Shown here: positions 1-13,072 of the stretch, one piece after another | Position numbering within the stretch: position 1 is the stretch's first letter | Layout: each line of letters opens with the position of its first letter | Source of the DNA: Magallana gigas | Lineage: Eukaryota | NCBI RefSeq assembly: GCF_963853765.1 | Contig: NC_088858.1 | Coordinates: 38,502,001-38,566,000 of the forward strand | Length of the DNA: 64,000 nucleotides | Reading direction: 5' to 3' | Position numbers and translations under genes: made by a program | Notes under the pieces: model-generated | What the model was told of the DNA's origin: nothing | The model's database searches: none | Seen by the model: only the letters and a program-made list of their open reading frames with translations

Positions 1-2490
1 CTCCAAATTGTCCAGCGCTGGAATTAAAAGACACATATACCTCTGTTGTTGTAATTTTTATGACTTACATGTATAACAATTGAACTTTAACAATACGTTG
101 AAACTGATGTTAATATCAACAAATTGTTTTCTAGTGAACTTTCTTTAAGCCCTGCTCATTTTCATATACAGCATGATAAAAAAGGCTTTTACATAATTTT
201 CAGAGAGAAATAAGAGCTTGGGAGAGAAATGTTTTTCGTACATTTTTCTGTCCTTTTGTCCCACTTGGACTGTGCTCTCATCCATTTTGTAGATCACGCT
301 CCTCTGTTTTGTGGAGACAAGGAGTGACTTATGTCCATGGTCTAATTGGACTACACTGGAGCCGGCCTCCGACAGCACAACAGCTGATTTACATTGACCC
401 TGAAAAAGTTTAATATCATTTAAACAGAATAGACACATACCATGCTTTATTATTTAAATACTAAAACTGTGTACATTGTACTAACTTTACCGGAAATCTT
501 ATTTTATCCTGCCTCTTGTCCATTTATTCAAGTACATGCTTACTGTAAATCTGGAAATTTTTATGTCAATTAATTTTTGCGAATCCAAATCATAAAGCTA
601 TAGATTGATTTTTAAGTTTTAAATTTTAGCGATTTGTCTTCAGCGCCAAAAATAAATATTAAATGCGACACATTTTGACATGCACAATGATAACTTACCT
701 TCAGATATCGTATATTACCGCCGCCTCTAATTATATCTTTACCAACTTCAATGTATGCAATTTATATCTTGTTCAAATTACCGATATATACAATGATAGC
801 GGTAAATGCAACAAAACTACCTAAAAAGGTATCTTGATATGGATTTATAGTGAGATAATTATCCCACTTAGCAATTCACACATTCACATGCTATGGTTTG
901 TGCACAGTACACAAGTATCGGAGGGTTACGTGTCAAACACAGGTGATGTTTTTCCTGTGTCGAACGAGCGAGAATGAGAGGAAAATGCCATCAAATTGGC
1001 GGCATTAAGCGAGAAATTCAAATTAGTGCACAAATTTTTATATTCTGTGAATTTTGGTGTCCTGTTGGTACACTGTGAATGTGGTAAAAAAAAACCACTA
1101 AATTCTGCGTAACGCTCGTACATATCATATGTATGAATAAATCATGCATGCATGCAGTGTCATCAGTATACATGTACACTAAAGATAGACATAAGGTTGC
1201 CAGTCAAACAAAGATACTGAGTGAAGCCGTTCTCCACACGATTGTTATAGCTGGGTGGTAATTACCTGGGTATATAAACAGGTTTTTTAAATGACTACTA
1301 CTTACGGACACCTGTTCATATAGTAAAGAGAAGAGACAAGCCTTCGGCAATATTTTTATTTACTTTTTTTTTTAAATGTTCATTAATTTTTACGAAATTT
1401 TTTTTTTGCAAATGCAGAGCATGCGCAAATTTGCTAAAAATTTATCTACGGCAAAAATTTCCATATTTACGGTAGGTAAGGAGTACATACGCAATCTACA
1501 ATTCTAAATAATGATTCCAAAATATAGAGAAAATATTCTTTTGATGTTCATTACCTGGAATGCATCAAACTCTGTACAAACAACCAGTCCCTGGTCATCT
1601 CCAGTAAATAGCTTCATTCCATTCAGACTCCATTTTGAACAGGTAACTCGTGCCTTGTGTAACCCTTGCACAACAAATTCCTGAAGCTGACAAAAATATA
1701 AAAAGAAACATTAAGAAATCATTATACATATGTTTTAATCACTTGCAAGTTATTTCTATTAGATAACTTTTGACAGATTTTAAAACTTAATGCAACATTT
1801 ATTTCATATTTAATTGTTTATTTCTTACATACCTTCTTGTTTTGACCTGGGATGTGAGATGGCAGCTGGAATATGTATACAACTCCTTTCTCTGTTCCAA
1901 TGGCAACTTGACTCTCAAGCCCAGTGTGCAAAGCAATAGTTGTAATGACATCATTATTAGACTGTAAACAAGTTATAATAAAGTGTAACTTGATGGTTCT
2001 GAAATTTAGCAAAAATTCAAACTCATAAGGATCGAATTATTTATCAATAATCTTGAGTAAAATGCACATGTTTAAAAATCAAGACCAACCACATGTACAC
2101 AATTAAAATCAACAACAATTCAATTAGATATTTTAATTCCTAGTACATGTACCGTATTTCTCTAAATAAAATCAACATAATTACTTATTTGTGTAAGGCT
2201 ATTAAGTAAATTTATCTATGGAGACTTACATGTGTTTTCAATTTCTCAATCAATTCCTTCTTCCTGTCAAAGAGGTATATCACACCAACATTGGTCCCCA
2301 GAGCTATGTAGTCCGCATTGGCATCCACACATTTCAGAATCAGATCGCAGGTTGTTAGAAGTCCTTTCTGGGCTCTGCGCGGGATCTGTGACAAGAGATA
2401 ATCCAGAGAGCGGTGCTCCTTGGGAATTGGGTGAGGGGGTGGATCTTTGGACACTACTGAAGGATCCCCACCTTGTGTATTTTCTGTCAT
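1..2490 (-). CDS. TECPR2: Tectonin beta-propeller repeat-containing protein 2, 5' part (gene continues beyond position 1)
   Basis: Exons on the minus strand: 2490-2230, 1961-1833, 1686-1555, 399-242, 17-1. All have GT-AG ends and matching phases (0,0,0,2). The peptide includes YLLSQIP..QKG, DANADYIALGTNVGVIYLF, WSLNGMKLFTGDDQG, SSVVQLD...LLVST.QRS and GQKDRKIAGQFG, matching the N-terminal WD40 region of TECPR2 as I recall it (HPS5 is the related alternative). Confidence 0.88.
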
Positions 2491-4028
2491 TTTCTCACAG
2501 CTTACCTACTAGTATTTTTTTTATATACAAGATTGAAATCAAGACGCTTACATCAACTATACTATGTCCTGAGATTTTGCTTCCACCACTTTTTGCTTGA
2601 TATTTCGATAATCATAAATACCTTTGTGCTCAAACAGTGAAACTATGTTCATTCACTAATATGAAAAATGTCCAGATTATCTGTTTTGAAAGAAGGCCCC
2701 CTCTACCGCTTCAGGTTTCAATACACATCCAAAAATAGAAAGTGTACAGGGATTTTGCATTGCATCAGCCATTACTAAGCCCGGATGATAATATTGAAAA
2801 ATTGCGCAAGGTAACCCAAGTACTTCTGAATGGAGAAAGGAGTTAAATAATTCCCATTATAAATCTCCGAAAAAAAATTGTGTTTTCATTCCTGTGAACT
2901 TTTCTGAGTGATCGAAAAATGATAATTGTTCAATGAAGATATCTTGGAAATATTCCCTTATATCGATTTCAACTGTATTTCTTTCACAGGTATGTGTATT
3001 TTTATTAAAAATCATCAAAAAGTGATGGAAGCAATAACTTGGGGCAGACTATATGCATTTTGACATAAAACTGGACAAATTTGCAGAGTAAAAGAAAAGT
3101 ATAAGATTTTGAGGCTATCAATTTCGAACGACGATCAATATGTATCATCATTTAGTCTTAAAATCCTTGTAAACCGTCTAAGAATCCTAATTTTTGCATA
3201 AATTTGGTCATTTTACAACTGTAAAGAGAGCTAACATCCTGATGCATTGTATGAAGCAGTAAACGAAAAAGTTCTTTTCTCTACAATATGCTTCATCTGT
3301 ATAAAAAAAATTAAAATTTCAGTATGAAAACGATCTTGACGAAAAAATAAATCTAACCTAATCATTGTCAACAGTGTCCCATACCTCTAACCTTCATATT
3401 TTCGATTTTTGTGTGTGACAGTCACAGATTTGTTTGCTGACGTCTTATGACAAGGAAAGGGAATGTGTAATTTGAGTTATATCACAGTAGAAAAAGACAA
3501 ACTATGATTGTTTAAGTTGATCCTTTTAGTTTTTCATTCAGATTATAAACTATGCTCTTACAATTCAAAACACTCATTTTTTTAAAAATTGAATTACTTA
3601 GCCTATTTGATAGGATTTAGAAAGCTGCAACTTATTCCTACTTTTACCACGTTCCACCTTTTTGACTTTCGGTTTGTGAATAACAAGAAGGGTTGTCTTT
3701 AAATATGTCTTATTATATTCAGAGTTCTATGCCATGTTACCTACGTTTCCTTGAGTGGCATGCAATGCATACTAACTTAATTTTGTTATTATGTATAATC
3801 CATCAAATACACGTATTGCAATTTCAGTCAATAGGCCCTATTTAAAGCGATTTTCGGAAATTATAAGTACAAAGTCCGATTTTGGACTGTGGATGCATTT
3901 ACAAATGTGCAGTCTACAATAAACATCCAATAAATATGTTTCAACTACATTTCATATATACATCAAGCTAATTCTTACCACTGTCTATTAACTAGAGGGA
4001 AGCTTTGACAAGGCAGTGCTGAAGAAGG

Positions 4029-7000
4029 ATGCTTGACTTTCTATTCTACTGTTTTCTTGGTATCTTGTTTACCTACATCATACTACTTGTCCTCATTTTG
4101 ATGGGAGATTGTGACCTCTATCTACAGTTTGCTTCTAAATTTGGAAAGAAACCAAGTAAGCATTTTAATTTTTTAAAACAAATTTGTCATAGGACTATTA
4201 TTTTTTTTGTGTATATAGGAGTCTTGACTTACCTAATCCCCAGCACGCAGCCTCATCGCATTAATATAAAGGGGAGATGTATTAAGAGTGAGAGGAATGC
4301 AAAATTACTTGCTTGTGTCGATTGTTGTTACAAACATTTAATGAAATGTACAAATCTTTTCAGGTGCATTGAAAGGAAAAGTTGTTTGGATCACAGGGGC
4401 TTCGAGTGGAATTGGTGAATGTCTGGCATATGAGCTTGCGAAAGCAGGATGTAAACTTTGTCTGTCGGCTCGCAGAGAACAGGAACTGAACAGAGTTAAA
4501 AAACAATGCCTTTGTAAGTTCTATATATGTGTGACAGTCAGAGTGGTTTGATCTTCTGTGCCAGGTACAGTACAGATCAGATCCAACCTAACAGAAAGTA
4601 AACCCTGGGTTTACTTTTGGGGTTTACTCTGGGTTTTAAATACTATTGCAGACCCAGAGTAAACCCCAAGTAAACCCAGCGTAAACGCAAAGTAAACCCA
4701 GAGAGTGAACCCCGATCAGAAGTAGACCCCTGAGGCAGACGTGTGTATTTGGAATACACAAGGGGTGAGAATTACAGGCAGTAAGATAATAACTGGTAGA
4801 AGAAAGAAGGGTCTGCTTCACATTTCAATGTTTAAACCGCGTGTAAACCCAATGTAAACCCTGAGTGGACCCAAAGTAAACCCCAGCTGACTGAGCACAA
4901 ATTTTCAAAAAGTAAACCCTGAAAGTCAACCCGGGGTTTAGTTTGGGTTTACTGTGGTGTTGAGTTGGGTCTGATCAGTTTTGTAGCTCAGTTGGTAGAG
5001 AGCACCTAACTGGAGATTCAGGAGCCCAGGGTTTGAATCCTGGTCTGGGCCATCATCATTTCTCCCTTCCAGTATATTCTGGTACTTCCAGTATTATACT
5101 GGTACTTCTGTATTTTAGTTTAAAACAATCGGACTTCCATACTGGCTTCATGATGTGTAGGATAGTTTTTTTTTAAATTTATTTAACATTTATGTACTAG
5201 TGCATGGAAACATTAAAGAAGAGGATATTTTGGTGCTGCCTTTGGATGCTCTGAAATTTGAGACACATTCTTCTGCAACTCAAGATGTTTTGAAATACTT
5301 CAGCAAGGTTAGGATTTTTTGATTCTGTATTTTAGGTTAATTTTTCACTACCATTGATTTATCAAAGCTGTTGAAATTGATTTTATTAGTCATAAATAGT
5401 CTCCCTGTTTTATGACAATGTTTTTTTATCAAATATTACTGAGTGCATTTTTAATATGCAAGTTCTAACACTGTATGTTTTTTGTTAATTTATCATTTGT
5501 AAAAATTTGTACACATATTGTATATATAGCTTTATTACATACATATATTCATGCAATTTTCCCTCTAGATTGACATTCTTGTAAACAACGCGGGCCGGTC
5601 TCAGCGTGCCTTGTTTGAAGAAACCTCTTTGGATATTGACAGAGAGGTGATTGAACTAAATGTTCTTGGAGTTCTCTCCCTTACTAAGCAAGTGCTCCCT
5701 CATATGTTGGAGAGGAAGGAAGGCCACATTGCAGTCATGAGCAGTATTGCAGGAAAACTCAGTATGTTCTGGTCTCACAGAAAAATAGCGGATTCATTTT
5801 TTTTCTTAAATGATGAGAAAAAAGGTTATGTGGTATATTTGCGTGGGGAGTGGGGGGTATCTTTTTTTCACTGATTGTGTTTTCAATATTCATAGTTTGA
5901 TCAATTTATAGATTTTCAGAAGAATTGAAGTTCTTTTTGAAATGGAATTGTTTTCACAGAAATGAGATCTGTTTTATGACTAAAAAATTTATAGAATTTG
6001 TTTTTGCTGAAATTAAATTACACAAAAAAAATTCATAACATTGTAAGTAGGCATCTTATGTACAAGCGAATCTGTGATGATAATGGAATACTTTTTTTTT
6101 TTTTAAATTCACAGAAACTTTGGATATACATATATATATATATATGTATTGTCCTTGAGTATGTAATAAAGTAATAGAATCCAACATATTATAAAAAATC
6201 AATTTGTTTTTACTATTTTTTTGAAACAATATGAAGTTACAGGTAAATGAAAAAACTTGAAAGCTTGAAGTATTAGTCAGTAATCATTGTACATTGTACT
6301 TGTATTACTTTACGTCTTCCGTTCAAATATTGTAAAAATTTATAAGAATTTAATTGCACTTAATTCTAAAAAGGTATTTTCATAATTTTTTTTATTTATA
6401 ATTAAAAAAAAAACTTCAAAATATATCCATTTTATGGTGTCAGTTTTTTTACACATAATAAAAGTATTTTATGCTTTTTACCATTGATTAGATGTTGAGT
6501 TGGGGTTTTGGAAAAATTAATTTAAGATTGTGTAAAGTATCATTTTTAAATACAACAAAATTGGGTCAATATTTATGTTCCCTTTGAATAATTAGCTTTT
6601 CCATATCAAAATGATTTAAATTTATATTTGGTTTAGGTGCTCCTAGTTCAGCATCATACACAGGAAGCAAGCATGCTATACAGGTAATGTTTGAAAGATG
6701 AAATTCTCTTTACACTTGCACTACCTGTATTTTACTTTCATGAAATATAACTATCATATCATTTTCAACTACCATTTTGAATATTCTTTTGTAATAATCA
6801 TTGTTCTCTTTTTCTTTAAAAAATCAAATCTATATTCTATAGTTGATCAAATTGATACATGTACATCAATGTATTAACCAGTGACAAACTACTGGTGTAT
6901 GTACATGTTACGTTAACTACCGGTATTTCTAATGTAGGGTTGATTTTCTATACTGGCTTTAAATTTGTTTTACAAGTGTTTAGCCTTGTTCAATATTCAT

Positions 7001-7877
7001 GTGATGGTTTTCTACCCTCTTGTGGAGCATATGGCTCAGTGGTTATAGGCGTGGTTAGGCCAGTAACCGAAAGGTCGCTGATTTAAACCCGGCTGTGGTC
7101 ATGAGATGTTGTGCACTTAGACAAGGCACTGTATAAACATCGTCTCAGTCCATCCAGCTGATATTGGATACCGGATTACGATGGGAGTTAACCTTCAATG
7201 GACTGGTGTCTAATCCAGGGGAGTCGATGACTCTAATCCGCTTAGCACCTCTGAAACCAGGGATAAGCACCGACCTTATGCACCCTTATGGCTCAGAGAA
7301 GAATTTTTTCTACCTTAGTGGCTATGTGAATATTGTGTGTTGAATGTAAGGTTTTCCTGTTGTAGGGCTGGTTTTCTACCCTGGGTGTAGAGATGTCTGA
7401 CAGGAATATAAAGGTCACTCTTCTCTGTCCCGGACCAGTCTTCTCCAATCTCCTGGAGACAGCCTTCACTGGCAAGGCTGGAGAGGTATGGAACAAGCAT
7501 AACTCTATAAAATCACTCATATTCCCACTGTTACACATGTACTTAGTACTATTGAATTTAAGAGTAATACAATAGATGAAAGTAAAAAAAAAATTGTAGC
7601 AGCAACACGTTGAGGTGAAAATAAATAAACCAAAAAGAAATGACAGCAGATGAGGATATCTGTTTAAACCAAAAATATGTTTTCTTTCTTTTTTGTTTGT
7701 AGGAATTGAAGGGGAAAATGGAATCATCTGAAAAGAGAATGTCAACTGCTAGATGTGCAGAGCTATGTGCCCTTGCCATTGCCAACGGTTTAGATGAAGC
7801 ATGGATTGCTCTTAATCCTGTGTTACTATTCACATATATGTTCCAGTATTTCCCAAACCTATCTAGGGTGTAAGTAC

Positions 7878-7920
<43 letters not shown>

Positions 7921-8038
7921 AAAACAGCAATATATGATATCTGACATAGCAGTATCAGTCTAGCATACCAATAATTTCAGAGGTTCCAAAAGAATGGGAC
8001 TGAAAATGTTGAAGAAGATACGTGAAGGAAAAGTTTAA
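4029..8038 (+). CDS. DHRS7: Dehydrogenase/reductase SDR family member 7 (8 exons, 322 aa)
   Basis: Exons 4029-4155, 4364-4513, 5201-5307, 5569-5761, 6637-6683, 7366-7485, 7703-7869, 7981-8038 total 969 nt with all phases consistent. Features: N-terminal hydrophobic anchor, [12 protein letters not shown] (TGxxxGxG), IDILVNNAG, catalytic YTGSK (YxxxK), CPGPV. AATAAA at about 8095. Confidence 0.92.
4557..5075 (+). mobile_element. tRNA-derived SINE head split by a MITE insertion
   Basis: Joining ...gccaggta (to 4567) with gctcagttggtagag (from 4986) restores an A box; a B box ggtttgaatcc sits at about 5030-5040. Confidence 0.6.
4568..4983. mobile_element. MITE with imperfect TIRs, TA target duplication and internal gtaaaccc repeats
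   Basis: Left end ta|cagtacagatcagatccaacc, right end gttgggtctgatcagttttg|ta. Many gtaaaccc/gggtttac units lie inside in both orientations. Confidence 0.6.
7024..7308 (+). mobile_element. tRNA-headed SINE with V-domain-like core, in DHRS7 intron 5
   Basis: A-box-like tggctcagtggtt and a degenerate B box (gatttaaaccc), then cacttagacaaggcact and caatggactggtgtctaatccagggga, which resemble the V-SINE central domain. Ends in a short T-rich tail. Confidence 0.65.
7880..7916. repeat. (CT)n microsatellite
   Basis: Pure dinucleotide run in DHRS7 intron 7. Confidence 0.97.
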
Positions 8039-8632
8039 AAATTATAGTGCTTCCATACCAAATATGAAATACTTTCTATTCTGTGTTTGAATTGAATAAA
8101 TGCACAGTGCCATATATTGTTGATATTACTTTGTTAAATGATATGATTGCATTTGAATTTTTTGTATATAACAAAAAGCTTCATAAATAAAGTTTCTTTT
8201 ACGTGATATATACAAGATACTGCATATTAGTTTATTATTTCTTGAAGCTTGTAAAAGGAGTACATGCATCTAATGTTAATGATCATAGAGTAAAATGGCA
8301 ACCATGCCATGCTACATGCTGTGTTTCATCAATATTCATTCAATACTAATTGTCAATGATTTCATTGCACAGGCAGCTGACGTTATATATTTTTCTCATA
8401 ATAAGAAGATATATACCTTCTATCTAATAATATTAGGTAGAGCCCCTAGAGGGTATACATTTTTTATTATGAGAAAAATGTATAATGTCAGGTTCTTGTG
8501 ATTCATTTTAATTTACATATTCTTGAAATTATGTTTTTATCCTAATCCACAAAAAATAATGCCAACGAATAATGAAACTACAGTAACAGTTTTGATTTTA
8601 ATCGATGAACTATCACTTAACAATTATTTTAA

Positions 8633-8935
8633 AGTGGTATTGGGCACTTAGCAATATTGATGTTGGTAAAAGTATATTAAAATCAAAATATATTCACTGG
8701 TTTAGAATTTTCAAATTTAATAATATATTATTTTAAAAAATGCTTCAAAAAATTTTTGGAAATCTAAAAATGATAAAAGCTTCACCGGGATTCAAGCTCG
8801 TGACATACAGATTCGTAGGTAATGTTCTAACCCGTTGCACGACGCTGTTGAATAACAATTTTTGGAAAGACTTTTTTTTTTAAAAATTGACTTTATTGTT
8901 TATTTAAATAGGAAGTACGTAGCTACAAATCTACA
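8633..8935. mobile_element. Truncated Kolobok-like non-autonomous element, related to 62391-62713
   Basis: Begins ttaa|agtggtattgggcac. It shares the internal gggattcaa(g/a)ctc...cagattcgta...acgctgtt..acaatttt.ggaaag and tagtacgt segments with the 62.4-kb copy. The right TIR was not found. Confidence 0.5.
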
Positions 8936-9479
8936 CAAGTACCAAAAAAGCCATTGCAATTCATATAGCATAAGTATGCCATATTATTGATCTTAAGTGA
9001 CCTTGGCTCTATACCAGCCCTCGATTTTATTCATTTATCCAAAAAGGAGGGCCCTTTCTTTTACTAAAATCACTGTAACATAGGAGAATACATTAATGAA
9101 GGCATTACAGTCATTGTAATACAACAAAACAGTCAGTCACTTATAACATAATAGATAATAAAACAACAAGGAAAAAGTCGGTGAGGTATTGCTTTACAGT
9201 TTCATATTACTGCCATTGAAGTATTGCGTAACTGTTATTAAAGTTCATATTACTGTCATGAGAGTATCATATAACAGTTGTGGACGTCCTCATAAACAAA
9301 TAAATTGTAAGTAATTCGAACAAAACTACAGCAGCAGCAAATTAAAGAACCGTGCTATGTACAGTAAGTGTAGTAACACATTATGGAAATCTACAAAATT
9401 ATCTCTCACTGAAGTACTACACAACTGTCATTTAAGTACCATTTGCTACTTGAAACTCGTTAAAGTACCACATATCTGC

Positions 9480-10510
9480 ACAAGAAAGTTTTAACAGTAT
9501 ATGTTTTACATCATCACTATAAATACCACTAAAGAACCCGTACAAAAACCAATGAGCAAATGGCAGCATAAGCACTGTCAATTCCATAGCGGAAACCGAA
9601 TATGAGGTAGCACATAAATGTAAACAAGGTGCAAGTAAAGGCACCAAAATACTGTAGTTGAGACGACAGTAAAAGCCCCAACTATTCTGTAAATGAGGTG
9701 CCAATAAAGGCACCACACAACTGTAAATGTCTTATGAGGTGTCAGAAGTGTCTGTAAAAGCACAATTTATCATAACTGTAAACGATATGCCGGTAAAGGC
9801 TCGACATAACTGTAAATGAGGTGCCAGTAAGGACTCCAGATGACTGTAAATGAGTTGCTACATAACTGTAAACGAGATGCCAGTAAAAGCTCCACATTTC
9901 TATAAACGAGATACCAGTAAAAGCTCACATTTCTGTAAATGAGGTGCCAGTAAAGGCTCCACATATCTGTAAATGAGGTGCCAGTAAAGGCTCCACATAA
10001 CTGTAAATGAGGTGCTATATAACTTAAACGAGATGCCAGTAAAGGCTCCACATATCTGTAAATGAGGTGCCAATAAAGGTTCCACATATGTGTAAATTAC
10101 GTGCCAGTAATGGCACCATATAACTGTAGGTGCGTCCCATCAAGGATAGTCATGGTTAACTTGTGAAGCCCTTTCTAATAGAGAGAAGGAAAAATAACGA
10201 AAGTATCACAGCGATGGAAACGGTGAAAGTACCACATGACTGTGAACGAGGTACCGGGGAAAGTACCACCTTACAGTAAAGTATAACTGTAAACGATGTA
10301 CTGGTGAAAGTATTATGTAACTGTAAATGAGTTACCGGATAAACTTCCACATATATGTAACTGTAAACGAGGTATTTGTTAAATAACTGCATCACTTTGA
10401 ACAACTGGTGAAGGTCGAATAAATTTATGCCGGTATTTTTAGGTACCACATTACTGTCATTGAAGTACCAGTTGAAGTACCGTGTTAATGTCATTAAAGT
10501 ACAACAGGTA
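9480..10510. repeat. 34-bp minisatellite array with degenerate flanks
   Basis: Core unit ctgtaaatgaggtgccagtaaaggctccacatat starts at 9933, 9967 and 10001 (34-bp period). Copies become progressively more diverged in both directions. Confidence 0.9.
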
Positions 10511-10536
10511 TTAAAGAAAAAATTATTTAGCTATTG

Positions 10537-10894
10537 CAGGCACGTAGCATCAGGGGGGGGGGGGGGCCTGGCCCCCCCCCCCCCTTTTTTTCTCGCAGCA
10601 ACCAATTTTTTTAAAATTTACATGTAAAAAATGGAATGATCATGAAGTTGGCCCCCCACTTTTTTGGGAGTACGTAAAAAATTGTTATGAAAATAAGGAA
10701 ATGAGGAGTGAAATAAAAGTTATATAGTTCGCCAGCCCCCCCCCCCCCCCCCCCACGATTAGGATTTTTGAAGATTTTGGGAAACTTAAAATTTCCCTTT
10801 TTTTTTTTTTTTTTTTTTTTTGCTTGTTAAAATATTTTGGATCAGTCTGCCCCCCCCCCCCCCCCCCCCTTTCAAAAACGATGCTACGTGCCTG
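10537..10894. mobile_element. GC-tract MITE with 15-bp perfect TIRs
   Basis: caggcacgtagcatc (10537-10551) and gatgctacgtgcctg (10880-10894). Both ends are flanked by tattg, a candidate 5-bp TSD. The interior holds poly-G and poly-C tracts. Confidence 0.75.
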
Positions 10895-11535
10895 TATTGC
10901 ATCGTGTTCATTTGGTACTAGTACTTATTTTAAGTACTTGAGGACAAAGGACATTTTGTTCAGAACGTATTAGTTGTTAAGCACCAAAATGACAATTACT
11001 GGTGTACTGTATTGAACTGTAATTATTGATATTGTAAATAGATAAAAGAAAATAATGATGGAGTATTGCATTATTTATTTTCGCAATTCACATGTAAATT
11101 CAAGCAACTGTCTATAGAAAACATACTTTACTTTTTTATAGTTAATAAATCATTTCAGATCAATAAGCAAGAGTTTTGTGCACTTTTCTGGATAATGAGA
11201 TAGTCTCTGGGGACTTCTTTGTGTAAAATCTTCCTCATGGCTCTATTCAAATGGAAATCAAGCATTTATATTGGATGATAATGTCATACGGAAATATGTC
11301 TTTTTATACTATGCAACATGCAAGCTACTGCTAATTTAAGTATAGGGTTTCAATAAATTATGTAGAATGTCAGTATACCGGGCTTTATTTGTAGATAAAG
11401 AATTTAAGTACAGAAAAAAGACGTTTTGATCAACGCAGATTTCTATAGACTTTGTTCTATTTTTACGTTGTAAATATCTTTACATAATTAGGGCAAATTT
11501 GTTTATTTAAGGATTACTATTGTTCAGGAAAGGCT

Positions 11536-11538
<3 letters not shown>

Positions 11539-11598
<60 letters not shown>
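11539..11598. repeat. (GA)n microsatellite
   Basis: Pure run. Confidence 0.97.
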
Positions 11599-11601
<3 letters not shown>

Positions 11602-12592
11602 GGTCGGTGGATGGGACAGTCCTTTCGCGCATTTCGTTGAAATTAATTACATTGTGATTGTAGTGTGATCTTGTGATTTCCAACATTATTTTTTAGTCTT
11701 CATAGAGTGCATTTGTGTATCTTTTAATAATCAAGGAATAACAAAAAAGCAGTGTTTAAAAATAAATGGTGAACTTTAAATTTCTCCCATTGTGATGCAT
11801 TTGGCTCATTATTTTCCCAACCTTGATATGGTTTAATAAAAGGGCGGTGACAGATGTTCCGTTTCAGCGCCCCCTGGATGGGAACAAATACCGGGTGGCA
11901 TGTTTATGCATCATTAATCCGTGTCATTTTATTTGATTTTTTAAAATCTATTTTCAGCATAGGAAATTTGATCACAATTATTTTGACGTGACAAAAAGTC
12001 ATTGTCGGTATTCAATGAAATAAAATTTGGAACAAATAAAAAGCCGATTTCGATATGATATGCGAATCCTGTTTTGCTATATGTTATTGAATACTCTATC
12101 AATATTTTGCCCATTAATATTTTGCCTCCCAGTGAATCTATAGAATACGGAAAGTTCTTCCTTTTAGAGATGACTTGCTGTTTTGTACCAGAGAAACATT
12201 TTATTTCCATCGGAAAGTCATAATCAATTAGAATACAAATGGCCTTGGACTCTTCAGGGTGATAGAATACACGTGCTTCTTTCATAGCAATTATAAAAGA
12301 TCATTTTAGTGAATAGTGAAAACATATAGCAACAAACAAACAAAAACAAAGTGTAAACAGATGCAGCAAACAACAAGCCTTCGTTTAACTATCCTGAAAG
12401 AATGATTTTCTGTCTTGGCAGCTCACATTGAAAATGACAAAAATGGAATCTTCACCACGGTTCTAGGACTTGAAATTTCCTCAATAGATCAAATTAATAG
12501 AAAAAAATATGATTTCTATATCCATTTAAAAAATATCTAAACGTATATTTATGATAAATGACGGAATTAATCTGTACGATCTTGACACACAC

Positions 12593-12598
<6 letters not shown>

Positions 12599-12643
<45 letters not shown>
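12599..12643. repeat. (GA)n microsatellite
   Basis: Pure run. Confidence 0.97.
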
Positions 12644-12645
<2 letters not shown>

Positions 12646-13016
12646 CATCAAAATGTAGAACCTCTAAATAAGGATTTTCAATCAAATTCGTTGAAAAGTT
12701 CACAAGGTGTTAATTGGGGAGGACTGAATACAAAATGTCACAGTACTTCGTTTTAAATACCTCACACCATATCTGCCAGAATAGTCCAAAGAACACGATT
12801 ATTTGGACATGTCTGACAGACGATGGTAGATCTCTTTTTTAAAGTTATCTAAATTTCACACATATGTAATAATGATATCCTCTTTGAGAAGTAAAGGAGA
12901 TTGTATTTAACGAGATTAAATTTATCATCATATTTAGTAAACTTTTTTGTTCACTTGACAAGTTATCAAATTTTAATTTATCATATAACTATTTCAGACC
13001 TCCATCCCCCCCCCCG

Positions 13017-13020
<4 letters not shown>

Positions 13021-13070
<50 letters not shown>
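13021..13070. repeat. (CT)n microsatellite
   Basis: Pure run. Confidence 0.97.

Positions 13071-13072
<2 letters not shown>

Noticed and set aside
4984-5045. Possible tRNA gene (also 7024-7095 and the cassettes in Kolobok-like elements)
   Set aside because: A and B boxes are present, but there is no complete acceptor stem or cloverleaf and the sequence continues into SINE/MITE body.
9760-10130. 34-bp repeats of CRISPR-like length
   Set aside because: Units are directly adjacent with no unique spacers, there are no cas genes, and the context is eukaryotic.
11941-12285. 114-aa minus-strand ORF
   Set aside because: No recognisable motif, AT-rich composition and no convincing splice partners.
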